Assembly: GCA_946965045.2 (NCBI GenBank)
Contig: OX337228.1
Span: 6,200,001-6,264,000, forward strand
Source of the DNA: Epithemia pelagica
Taxonomy: Eukaryota > Protista > Bacillariophyta
Direction: 5' to 3'
Length of the DNA stretch: 64,000 nucleotides
The notes beneath the pieces are model-generated. The model worked only from the letters and a program-made list of their open reading frames with translations, made no database searches and was not told where the DNA came from. Position 1 is the stretch's first letter, and each line of letters begins with the position of its first letter. A program made the translations under genes and the position numbers. Positions 20,786-32,426 of this stretch are shown piece after piece.

Positions 20786-22193
20786 ATGGCGGAAGGGACC
20801 AAACGAAGTATCGAAGAGGAGGACGAGGAAGAAAGTTCCAACGAATCTGAAAATTCAGAACAGGAAAGTGAATCTAAAAGCAGCTCCGATGACCAAGGGG
20901 AAGCCAATGAAACGGATGACGTTGAGGAGGATCCTGTCGTCGAGGAGACGGAGATCCGGCAGCCCGTGTCGTCCAACGGAGAACCTTGCACTTTTGATTT
21001 GAGAAACTTGTTGGCCATAAATGCGCACCAAGTCGATATCAAGTCAATCTACCAGAAACCAGCAAACTCAAAGCCCAACACGGACAAGACGACGATATCG
21101 TTGACCCCGGCGTTCGACTTTGCCCGTGTCGACGAGGCTTATTTACTCCAGAAAGCCTCCGATGGTTGTGCCCAGCTTGTAGAGGCCTTGTGGCAACTTC
21201 CCAAAGAAAAGAGTGACGCTGGGGCAATGGTGCGTCTGCCTATGCAAGACGATAGTCGAGTTCCTCGTGCTCTGGTAAGTTGTCGAACGTGGTCGGACGA
21301 CACCGTTCTTGTCCAGTTTGTAAGACTCTCATGCAACGTGGTCGTTCCAGCCTCCTCCAGAAGCAAAGAAAGAGACGAAATGGGAAAAGTTTGCGCGGGA
21401 GAGAGGAATTCCATTGCAAAAGAACAAGCGCTCGCGAAAGGTATGGGACGAAGCCACTGGAACATGGATGTTCCGTCATGGATATCAAAAAGCAAACGAC
21501 GACAGCAAAGAATGGCCAATTATGGAGGTCAAAGATAATGAGGATCCCTATGCAGATCCATGGGAACGGCAGCGCGAAGCGAAGCGTGCCCGAATTGAGA
21601 AAAACACAGAACAACGTATGCGCAATCAGGAACGTGCGGGAGTCTTGGCAAAGGGCACCACTTCTCGCTCAATGAAATCAAATATCCAATCGAGAAAGGC
21701 TGGTAAGGCCGGTGGAAACATGGATCGTGACAATGTTTCCAGCGTCAACATACCTGGCGTGCCGGTAGACTTGCAGGCGACAAAAAAGAGTGGACCGATA
21801 TCATCCATGAAGCGTGGCAAGGATTCCACTGTTTCTGCTCTCTTGGCCACTCAACGATCGACAGCATCCATGGGGCGATTTGACAAAATGAGAGAGGATG
21901 AACCAGAGCGCAAAAAGATGTTGTCCAATCTGAAGAAAACAAAGTACGAGAGTGCAACTGGAAAGAAGGTTTCGCAGAATGAACGAGAACGAAGTATGAA
22001 GGTCCTAAAGAGCGTAGTTGAGGGTGGTGGTGTTGAAAAAGGGAGAAAGATAAGAAAGGGACAATATGCCAAGGGAGAAACGGCACTCGACTACGAATAT
22101 GATGATGGACTTGGACCATCAAGTTTCCGGAAAAAGAAGGGTCGCGCTGGTGTAGGGAAGGCAAGAAAGCTCACAAAGAAGCGCATTAAGTAG
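20786..22193 (+). CDS. RRS1: Ribosome biogenesis regulatory protein RRS1; exons 20786-21274, 21351-22193
   Basis: FDLRNLLA, DGCAQLVEALWQLP, VPRAL|PPPEAKKETKWEKFARERGI, KVWDEATGTWMFRHGY. Confidence 0.9.
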
Positions 22194-22364
22194 CTTCAGC
22201 CACTTAAACAGCAATTTCCATTCATCCCCTCTGATTGTCGACTACTCCTAGGAATAGCTAGTTGGCAATGTAGGCGTGAATGTTCAAATGTTCCACTTGC
22301 TATTGTTACCACTACATGTTATATAGAAACATTTTAGCCGAAAAACTAATCCCCTCGTTCTCAA

Positions 22365-23111
22365 TCAACCCAACACTTTCTCCCAGGTAACGATCGATGG
22401 ATCAGCCTGCAAAATGTCCACTGGTAATTGGCTAGCATCATTGATGGCCTCAATACTTTCCCAGGTGCCGAGAAACGTTGTCTTGCTTAGCGTGCGCTTA
22501 ATGAAGAACTGAGGGTACTTCGCCACACCACTAATCTCAAAAAGAGACTTGCGTCTTTCTTTATTTGCGGGATCTGCACCGTCCAACGCGATGTAAGGGA
22601 TCTTTTGCGCTTTGAGGAGGGTGGCGGCGCGTTCCTGTTGTTGAAGTGTGCCACGATTCAAAGCAATGCTACTCACAAGAAGCACAAGTTCATCATCTTC
22701 TTGGAGAACTCTCTCCCAAGTTCCAAGATCAGGGTTAGCGTCGCGAAATTCTTTTGGAAGGCTACTGGCGTCGTTGATTGCTTCCACTTCTGCCCAGTCA
22801 CCGAGGAAAAACAGTTCTTCTGCGGGTTCCACCAAAAACAACTGCGGATACTGTCCATGAAGTCCACTAACCTCAAATAGATGATCGCGCCTAAAAAAAG
22901 AGTGAGTTGATTCTATCAGACAAACTATGTGAATTCGTTTGGTTCATTCTTGAGCTTACCGTTCCTTGCTTTCTGCAATGGACCCATCGATTTCCGAGTA
23001 TTCGTAGCCTCGGGCCGTCAGCAACGTCCTGGCGCGTTCTTGATTTTGGGTGACTTCGCGATTCATCGCAGTACTTGATACCAAAAGGATGAGTTCTTTT
23101 TCCACCGTCAT
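22365..23111 (-). CDS. Protein of two tandem SH3BGR-like (glutaredoxin-fold) domains; exons 23111-22960, 22890-22365
   Basis: Two repeats of LVLLVSS...QERA..LL.A....Y..IDG....KERR..LFEVSG...YPQ.F...FLG.W..EAIND. The splice joins KER|RDHLFEVSG. Confidence 0.8.
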
Positions 23112-23657
23112 CTTGATGCGCTTTTGCCTTGGTGACGCTAAGAGCAAAGGTTGGGTGGTGCAAGGAGTCGCTTTGTTTTGGTCGTGATGCAACAGGATAG
23201 ACAAGATAACGAAAGAGTCGCTACGCATCAAAATCTACTCACATTTTGTCCTCGCAGAAAAAGTCGTCTGTGCGCACAAGAATTGGCGTTGATTGCTTGT
23301 CGTGACGGACAAGCGAGGACCTGCTGGCGTTTGTGGCATGTCGGCATGCTCGGAATCGTTCCAAGAAATGAGTCGATGTAAAACACGATACAATATGCGC
23401 GGGACCGGACTGGCAGACGTGTGTGGAAGTGGAAGGGTAGTTATTGTTTTGTGTCCTAGGAGTAGTAGCTCTCAGACCTCCATGAACAAAGACAACGTCT
23501 CATCCTGAAGCATTCCAAGTCCATCTAGTAGATGAGCTTTTTTCTCATGTACACAGAGTGGACGGTTTAATCATCTGTTGCTTACATGGTGTTGACACAA
23601 AAAGACATAAAGAAAGAACAATCTATCGGTCAAAATTAAGTAAAAGGCAAGTTGCAC

Positions 23658-24668
23658 TCACGTTTGGAGGCATCCTACTGCCGCTCGGCACCAAGCAATG
23701 TCCTTGGGACTGAAACTCCGAGCCTGGTTGCTTCCCATAACCAAAACCCTTACATCCTCATCGTCCATTCCAGCTATAGGCACCAAAAGAGCTGCTTGAG
23801 TGTTAGTTGGCAAGATTGAATCAAATTCAATTCGACCAGGAAGTGCTGGTAGGTTGGGCAGATATGTCTCTTCATCTATTTCCTGGACAATCGAAAGCGC
23901 AAGTCTGTTTAGGATGGGCGTTCCGCTTCCCTTTGTGGTCATCATGATCGGGCCTTCCTCTTTCCCTCCTTCGTCCAGGACGCAATGTCTTAGATCACCC
24001 GAGACGATTCCTCCAAAGCCAAGCACGTTCCACGTAGTATCTTTGTTTGGATTTGTTGTTGATGACCCTTTCTGTTCCAAGATCACAGCTGTCATGGCGC
24101 TTGTTGCTGTTAGGACAGCTGTTAGAATCCAAGAGAAGTTCGTCGTATAAGAATCGTCAGGTGTGAGGATGACCGGGTTCTTGACAAGGACGCCCTGAAG
24201 CTCCACGGTTTCCGCGGCTACAGAAGTGATATCAAGTTTCGACAATCCATTCGACAAGACAGCACCACAGGAAAGAATTGCTAACAGATTCACCCTGGTT
24301 TCTGCTGTCATGGAATCCGCGTTTTCATCGATCCCCGATAGCGACAGAACCCCTCCAATCAGAACAATTACAATCCCTGAAATCCCCAATACGAGCGATC
24401 CAATATCGGAGACCACCCATTGAAGAGCAGTATCAACGAACGACTGTTCCTCTGGGAAAGATCCAATATCTGCAACGGATTCTTTTCCATCTTCTCTGTC
24501 TTTATCTTTTGACAATTTGATGGATACTTGGTTGATGGATCGGTATGAACAAGTGCTGGTATCAATTTTTCTTGTAAGTGGCAAATTCGAAAAGCCTTCT
24601 ACATGGCTGTGAAAGAATGCCCAGATGAGAAACAAAACCGAGTAGTGTACTTGTGTGATTCTCCTCAT
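23658..24668 (-). CDS. Cofactor assembly of complex C subunit B (CCB2/CCB4 family; cytochrome b6 heme ci attachment), plastid-targeted
   Basis: Signal peptide followed by G-F (VEG|FSNL), two TM helices, ETRVNLLAIL...VELQG, YLPNLPALPGRIEF, TQAALLVP, GSNQARSFSPKDIAW. Confidence 0.8.
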   Translation of the reverse strand: MRRITQVHYSVLFLIWAFFHSHVEGFSNLPLTRKIDTSTCSYRSINQVSIKLSKDKDREDGKESVADIGSFPEEQSFVDTALQWVVSDIGSLVLGISGIVIVLIGGVLSLSGIDENADSMTAETRVNLLAILSCGAVLSNGLSKLDITSVAAETVELQGVLVKNPVILTPDDSYTTNFSWILTAVLTATSAMTAVILEQKGSSTTNPNKDTTWNVLGFGGIVSGDLRHCVLDEGGKEEGPIMMTTKGSGTPILNRLALSIVQEIDEETYLPNLPALPGRIEFDSILPTNTQAALLVPIAGMDDEDVRVLVMGSNQARSFSPKDIAWCRAAVGCLQT

Positions 24669-25985
24669 TATCACAACTTGAGGGAGTCAAACTGAGCGCT
24701 CGAAAGATTCGGATGGAGCCCCAAGCCGTGTGGCCATGGCCAATCTTTTTGGGTGCGGTCGCATCTTATGCGAATGCGACCTCCAGTCGCATATCGGAAA
24801 TTGTAACCACACCACAGATCTTGTTCTCATAATTCGATTCGATCCTGTTCTTTGGGTCCAAAGAAGGATGCGAAAGTCTTTCCATGACGACAAACGGCCG
24901 TACACTGGCAATCACACCAATTGCGACGTCGAGTTTTGGTCCGAAAACACGAGAATGTTGTGTTGTTACGCCACACTTCGGTGCGCTTTGAGGCAAATAC
25001 CTCGTTTCCTTTTGACGCTCGATGTGGTTGACATGCTAAAGCTGAGAAGAAAGTAACAATAAAGGCCAAAGTGTTTACGAGTCGTCGATTAGAGCAGAAG
25101 AGCTTCGACATCAAAAGTTTGTCAGGGAACTCACTCAGAGTGCATATTTCCAGACGACGTATCAGCAGGTTGACGTAGTAGTGGCACTTCGGCGCAGCTC
25201 TTCGCTTCCAACATGTGGTTCAAAACATTGGTCGGAAGCTCTGGTTCCACCAGGCAAAAAGTCTATACCACAAACACATGAGCGTAGAGTGTTCAGTTTT
25301 GACGAACTTTTACAAAATAGGATTCCAATAGATCCCATATGCCCAGTTTTGCTCCCACTCAGTTACCATCATTGACTAGGTAGGTACTTCTGAAGAATGG
25401 AATAGATTCAGCCATTCGAGTGTTTGATGCCATCGGGCCTTTTTTATTATGTCTCTCGGTCTCTCTAGAAACTGAGCAAATTGTCGTTGTTTGAATTGAC
25501 AGGACAGCGCACTTCACATCTCAATCAGAATAGACATGAAGTTGGAAGGGCCTTCTATATGCCATATACTTCACAACGGCTGAACGTCACTAGGAACATA
25601 CTGTAATCGCTTTTCCAATCATGTACTTAACGTCTTCGACAGTGTTACTCTAGGCTCGTTTTTGTAGTATGTCTATGCGTACAAATGCGAAAAAAGCATC
25701 TAGATACATCCTTCTTCGTCAGAGTAAGCGCTTGGGTCTCATCAAAGGAGCAGCATATGGCGAGTGCATCCCTAGACCAGCAGCGAACAAGAAGAGCGTG
25801 CTGAAATTGTAGATGAAGGCAATCGCCTTCATATGTGCATCATGAATAGAGTGCCTTGTTTTCGGTCTTACCAGTCTTCAGTCTCCAACATGTAAGGGTC
25901 AACACGTACTGCACCCGAGCCATTGGGTACCACACATTCGTGGTAATGATTAGTGGTGGCTGGGGTCTTCTCTTCTTAAGCTTCT

Positions 25986-27369
25986 TCATTTTCTTCCTGT
26001 TTGTCGGTGGAGAGGGTCAAAGGTGGGCGCTTGTGGATTCATGCGCGGCGAGTCGACCAACGGAAGTGCCCCTGTCCCAGTGTTGAGGGGCCGTGCACCA
26101 TATGGACCCGCACTCACGGTTGCAAAGTCTCTCTGATGCTGATGGCCAGCACCACCAACAAAATGGCCATCGAACAAAGGAGTACTAACTGGTATCACGA
26201 GAGGAGTTGCTCCACGCCCCACCAATGACGGAGCGGCACGGTCCATAGAGGCAGGTTGATAGTGCATTTGTGGGTGCATGGGTTGGTGCCGTTGTTGAAT
26301 ATCATAGCGTGGTTGCTGTTGAACCATGAGTACCTCCTGTTGGCGATCGGGACGAGCCGGGTGGTATCTATACATGCCTTGAGGTTGCGCATCAACTTCT
26401 GGTGCGTATCCGTAGTTGTGCAATGTCGCACCAGGATAACGAATCATGCGTGCATTGGGATTGTCCTGATATGGTGCTGGCTGTTGTTGTTGTTTCATTG
26501 AAGTTTGCCCCGGTGCCTTTGCCCGAGAAGCACCCGATCTGCGATTCCCAGTACCACTTCGGTGCCGTTGATTGCTGGTGGTACTCGTAGTATTTGAGTT
26601 ATCGTAGTCGCTAGGACGACTGGCTTGATAATCGCTTTGCGTGAACACAGCCATTTCACTTGCTACCGCACTCAAGTCGATGTAGCTAAAGTATCGGTCA
26701 TCGTTCATCCTACTGGGAGGCGCAGGTGTACTCGCTACTCGATCCGGATACGCAGAGAGCTTGCCCCATTTGGTGACGGCTAAACGAATGTGTCGTCCCT
26801 GATACAGCTCAAGCGTTGCGTTCCTAAGAACAACGGCACCTTTGCGTTCAGATACCTCCTTAAGTAGATCAATCTGATCATCCCTGGCACGTAGCGATAC
26901 AGTACCAGTCTCATCACCGACCTCGACTTCGGCAACACGCACTCTCGAACCATCAACTCGAAATTTGTCGACTACAATCTGCACAGATCCCACCAAACTA
27001 GAAACCCCAAACAGACACGTCTCGGGTGAGGCCTACTTCGTGAATGAACACAAATTCTGATCATGAAACGTACAGACACAGGTTGTACCCTCCTCTGGGA
27101 GGTTGAAGTCGTTTTTGCGCTGCTGTAGATGTTTCCATCTCCACTGAAGCCCCCACACGGGTTTTGGGCTCCACGGCATTTTCCCGATTGGACTTGACTC
27201 GCTTCAGTTCCTCATCCAGTCTCGTGTTATCAATGTTGTATGCAGATGTCAAGTCTGAGACATGCACGTACACCGCTCGGCGTAACTGTGTATGAGGCGT
27301 TGGCTGTATTTGCTGTTGGTTTTGGTGGTGCTGTCCTTGTGTTGGATGAGCATTTGATGACGACGACAT
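25986..27369 (-). CDS. OB-fold nucleic-acid-binding protein with a Q/P-rich tail; exons 27369-27074, 26997-25986
   Basis: GGYNL|...VAEVEVGDETGTVSLRAR..QIDLL...VVLRNA..ELYQGRHIRLAVTKWGKL, the single-OB family resembling plant At4g28440-type proteins. The splice is phase-consistent. Confidence 0.75.
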
Positions 27370-28167
27370 AGAACACAGAAACAAACTAGGAGCACAACGC
27401 TAACAACAGGCAAGAATCTCTTGCAAAGCAATGAGGTGATTGCAATGGAGTGAACTTTTGGGCATGTTGAACATCGAAACTTTCTCATTCCGGATGAGTT
27501 GGGAACCCGGAAATTTGATCTTACATGTGCAATTAAGCGCCAAGTTGCAGTTGGAGGGAAATCGGAAGCGGGTATCAGAAATCGGAACCGGGAACACTTT
27601 GAATGATTGACATCATCTTACGTGGCATGACGTGTCTTTCGAGTCCATAGATATCATATGGTAGGAGTAGTTGCACAAGCTACCTCTCTAGCATCATTCA
27701 CTCTTATCCCTCTATTACAAGAAGACTTTCAATCAACCTGAAAGAACAATGATACAAAGTCTTACCATAGGCCACCTGCTTTCATGTAGGCCCGTGATTC
27801 AATTGCTCCAAATCAAGATATATTCATTCCAGATCTAGACCCTTTTTTGTATCTCCCTTGGAGCATGAATGATATCCCGCGAATACACTTAGCGACAGTC
27901 GGTCTTCATTTACTTGGTTCATTGTCCACATCAAACCAGAATGTGATCGATATTTATGAACAATCGGGTCATTTCCTCATTTTCGAGCTCAATAGTCGAT
28001 CTGTGATCGAAAAACTTTTGGTTCCAACATAGACATGGAATATCTCGACTGGTGGCAAAGCCATTTTCATCAAACTCCCAGATCAAAGGCAGCCGAAAGC
28101 GAACTTTTGCCACGCAAAGGGAGAGTGAAGAATTTAACAACAAACAAAGCTCCGAAAAAAAGTTTCA

Positions 28168-30574
28168 TTATGTCCATTCGGAATTTTGGTATCGTGTCCT
28201 CGACGGAAGGGAGGTACTTTGACCGGGACTTACACAACCTGTCGTTATATGTTGGCTGAAGTAAGTTTTTCACATCGTTACATGGACAATTGATATATCT
28301 GGTCAACTCACCACAGCTGGGGCAGTACACAAGCGCATATTGAATAGGAGCTTGCAGACGCGCATTGCATCCACGGCACAAAACAACGTGACTTTGCCCA
28401 GTTCGGATCGCATTCGCAGTCTCTTCCTGACCTTTCTGGACAATCTGTCGTCGTTCCAGTTCGTGTTCCGTAAGGGTGTCGGAATGTCCTCTCTCTCCCC
28501 GAAGTGAACGATCCATTGTTCCAGCTGTCGAAAGAGGCGGTAGACTTCGGTTTGAGGGTGGTGATGCAGGACGGTTAATCTGCCGACGGCGGTAGGAGTG
28601 CTCTGAGAGCGCATGTTGTTGACTCTCTTGCCAACCAGCAGTTGATGATGTTGTCATGGGCACGTTCCTAGCCCGAACGTCACGTTCATAAGGATATGGT
28701 GAGTAAACAGCACCTGGAAACTCTGCGGGGGTTTGTGCGTAGTCAATAGAGGATGCTGTACCCGCATGATGATCCCTAGACGAACTTGGGTAATCACGAG
28801 GGGGAGGCAGAGAATCACGGGACGTGGGAATACCGTAACCTCTTTGCGGAGGTCCGTTCCCATACGCTACATGATTACGTGGAGGAACCACATAATCACG
28901 GGTAGGCAATGGGTAGTCGCGGGGGTTTGTTGAAGTTGGTGGCGAAAATCCTCGACGATTGGGTCGATGATATCCCAGATCTCGTGATGATGACATTGCT
29001 TCTCCATATTCACGTGGAGGTGGCGTTGTAGAATAGTCTCGGGGTGGTGGTAACATATACTCAGATTGTGGTGGTGGAGGATTCCTGGCTATTCCCTCCG
29101 GACTCATTAGTGATCTGTCCCCTTGAGCATCTTGCAAGGCCCACTCCATTTGTTTGCGTTCATCCTCGAGCCGTATCCTTTCGAGTATGCGACTTTGCTC
29201 TTCTATCGAGTTTTCGCCTCCTCTGTTATCTCCAGCCAGCTGCAATGCTTCTGTTGGGAAGGGCGCCGCTTGCTCGGCCTCGCGACGACGCATCTCTGCC
29301 CTAACTCGTTCTTCTGCTTCTTCCTCCTGTTGTAATTTTCGTGCCAATTGTTCGTCTTGCGATTCCATCTCTAGAGATTCTGGACGTCTTAATGGTTCTT
29401 CACATTCTTGCAAACGACGAGCGAGTTCTTCATCTTCTTTGATAAATGCCGGTGGAGATTCCTCTTCCTCCTGTAAGCGCCGCGCGAGTTCCTCATCGTC
29501 CAGCAAGGCCACATCCGTTTGTCTATTAAATCTCTCAAAAATTTGTTCACCTTCTTTAGTCTCATCATTTTCGAGTGCGGATTGTTTTAGTTTGTCCATT
29601 GAGAAGTTCGCTTTATAATCGACAGGTTGATGACCATTCATTACATCATCATTTTGACGATGAACGATTTTGTCTCTATCATCGTCTTGAACTTGAAGTT
29701 TCTGCGCCAACATGGCATCCACTTCAATATCATTCAGAGGAGAGGGAACTGACAGGGACTCCAACGATCCACGCAAGTCGGCCCCATCTCTACTACTGCT
29801 GGTAGGAGAGTGGAGTGAGCCTGGATGAGCTCTCGATTGAGTCGATTGAAGGGAGGGTGGTCGAGGCCGTGTCGATCTTCGACCAGGAGAAACAGAAGTA
29901 GAATCCTCGACGCGAGAAGATCGTGTAGAAAAATAGTGCCGTGGTATGGGTTCGCGATACGTTCCTTTTGGACCTGGTTTCGTTGCGGACGGTCTTCGAC
30001 TAGAGTGTGTGGGCGAAGAGGAGGACGATGGACCGGAAGATCTGGGCGTTGTTGGACGTGCCTGGGAGGATGTAGATGAAGCAAAAGAAGATGACGACGC
30101 GAGGCGAATGGAACTTGGAGGCGACGGCATTTCAACGGCAAGAGGTTTCTTATTGTTGTCAGACGAATGTGTAGAAGCCGACACAATGCTGTTCACTCCA
30201 TGAACACTCGAAGAGACATCTTGTGCAAGTTGTTCTTGATGATAACGAAGCAAGTCATCGTACAGAGACTCGGACGTCTCTGTTGGTGAGGCGGCGGCTC
30301 CTGCAGCGAACGAAGAACTCGAAGAAGAAGTCCCCTGTCGTTGATGTAGTGTTTGTTGCGACTCTCGGCCATCTATTTTCTCTCGCTGAAATTCTCCATC
30401 ATGATATGGTTTTCCACGATGAGAATAGGAATGAGACGGGGAGACGCTTCTTGTCGACCTTTGTCGCGCCTGAATCGGTGGAGCTTCTTCTTCTTCTTCT
30501 TGATGCGATGCAGAGCTCACTTCTTCCCAAGAAGTTTCTCCGTCAGGCGGTGGAGAGCTCCTTCGATCCATCAT
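28168..30574 (-). CDS. Low-complexity protein with repeated DEELARRLQ (MIU/ubiquitin-binding-like) motifs and a C-terminal CxxC-CxxC zinc finger; exons 30574-28312, 28238-28168
   Basis: DAMLAQKLQ, DEELARRLQ x2, DEQLARKLQ. VLCRGCNARLQAP...VYCPSCG|CVSPG after removing a 73-nt GT-AG intron. Confidence 0.7.
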
Positions 30575-30931
30575 TTCACTTTAACCGATCATTCGTTGGT
30601 CTGGTCAAAAAAACTTTCGAGTTACCAGTCTGGTGTCTTATGGATAAGAGAGTCGATTGTTTGATCTCTTTTTTGTTTCGAAGCGCCTCTGGACTTGCTA
30701 TGCGATTGTTGCGACTTGCGACGGTTGCCCCATGCTTGCCACCAAGTGCAGTGCCCTCTCTTCGCCTTCTTACACCGGGCGACTCGCGCTGGTACATGTT
30801 GGAGCACACTCGCGCCGGCAAGGCGATTCTTCACTCTCCTCCTTCGCCTTTTTTCTACTAGCACTAGATAGCACACATAGCACGATAGCAACATCGATAC
30901 AACCTCAGGGCTTGAACAAAACAACAACAAC

Positions 30932-31613
30932 ATGAGTGACTGTCCCGGACCAACGTTAGAAGCACAGGGAAAGGTAGAGGAATGCGAGTCAAGTAACTGG
31001 AATATGATGTCATTTGCTTTTCGGCTTCCTGGACACTTTTCGGCTGAGCTTCCTCCTCTGGATGACAGCAACCCCAACAATCATCAAGGCTTGGTCGGAT
31101 CCGTGACGTTGCTGAAGAAATCTATTCTCATTTGGATTAGTTGGGGAGCAGTCGATCCTGGGAATGAAAACAACGTAGCATCAGGGCAATTGCGTGGATT
31201 AGGTAGGTACTTCAAGGGATACGACAAAAGTTGCCCCTTCTCCTTCTTTTCCAATCTCTTACGGCGTTGACCCCCTCTATCGCTCTCTCTCTCTAGCAAG
31301 TTCACTCTCCATGGGGCCTTTTACTGTAGGTGTACCTCTCAAACAATACCAAGGGGCTTTCGTCGATAATACAACGAGTGGTTCTTCTTCTAAACTTGTA
31401 GGAAGCGACCGAACAGAAGACGAAGTCATTGCGCAATACATGTCGGAACGGTTGAGTCAAAAACTGAAACAACTAGTTTTTGTGTCATGTCATTTGCAAG
31501 GGAAAGCACCAAGTCCATCGCGCGATGGTGAAAAAGGCGATACATCGTTGATGACAATCGCTGCCTATGCTGAACGAGGACTTTACGATTTTCTAAAAGA
31601 CAAAATAAGATAA
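30932..31613 (+). CDS. Proteasome assembly chaperone 4 (PAC4/PSMG4)-like; exons 30932-31202, 31297-31613
   Basis: VTLLKKSILIWISW, MGPFTVGVP, SSKLVG, MSERLSQKLKQLVFVSCHL pattern. The splice is phase-consistent. Confidence 0.65.
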
Positions 31614-31715
31614 GAGCATTATCAATCAGTTTTATAGAGGAAAGCTCCTGGAACAAAGACGTGTTGCAGTCACCCACAACAGACATGCTTTAATCGAAAA
31701 GTAGCAGCATCCGTT

Positions 31716-32388
31716 TTACATTATGTCGTATTCAAGTCGTTCAGGGACATATACGACCATTCCATCCATTCCTTTGTTGAGGGTGACACATGAGGCAAGA
31801 CGGCTGCCTTCAAAAATCTGGTCGAATTCCCAATAGTCATGCAACGACATTATTTCAGTTCTGGATGGGCGCACGTCGACGGCCTTGGCACCTTTGCCAG
31901 TCAACACCACATGATCGAAAGCACCGGTTGAACCTTCACCAAAAGTCGCTTCATACCAAGTTTCGGTTTGTTTCACTTCAAGTGGTCCGCAGAGATTGGC
32001 AGGACCAAGTCTGATATCGTGCGCCTCGCATGCTTCGTAGAGTGTCTTTCCTGTGTATTCCGGATCAAAGGACCGCAAGCCGTGAGATGTGAATTAGACG
32101 GCCACGATGAGTATAGATTGTCCACACAAATAGAAATAGACATTAGAAATTAAAAAAAAGAAAATCAGGTGAATTCCATGACGCTCACAGGTGGAGAGTC
32201 TTCGTCAAAGTCATACACGTACCAATAAGGCCCTTAATCTTTTTTCTTGCTCCATCCGGATCAACAATTGTCAAATTGATAAGTAAGTCTTTCACAGACG
32301 GAGAAGCAGGATCAGCAAATGTCGACATGAACGCGTACCGCGTCGCGAGGCGGCGAAGGGGCTGCTGCAAGGCCAATCTCGACAACAT
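31716..32388 (-). CDS. Mitochondrial adrenodoxin-fold protein with degenerate 2Fe-2S ligands (complex I ferredoxin-bridge-like); exons 32388-32223, 32050-31716
   Basis: Arg-rich presequence, INLTIVDPDG.RKKIKGLIG|KTLYE, HVVL, SRLASCVTLNKGMDGMVVYVP. Confidence 0.75.
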
Positions 32389-32426
32389 TGTGAGACAAAC
32401 ACCGATATTGTAGTTGTCTCTTGACG

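Noticed and set aside
24680-25980. 1.3-kb intergenic gap with a small hairpin (GTCGCAT...ATGCGAC near 24748-24770) and 60-110 aa ORFs
   Set aside because: No ncRNA boxes, no repeats and no coherent exon chain could be supported.
32051-32222. Possible C/D snoRNA in the longest intron (ATGACT...CTGA followed by a T-run)
   Set aside because: The C box does not match RTGATGA, there is no terminal stem and no identifiable rRNA-complementary guide.
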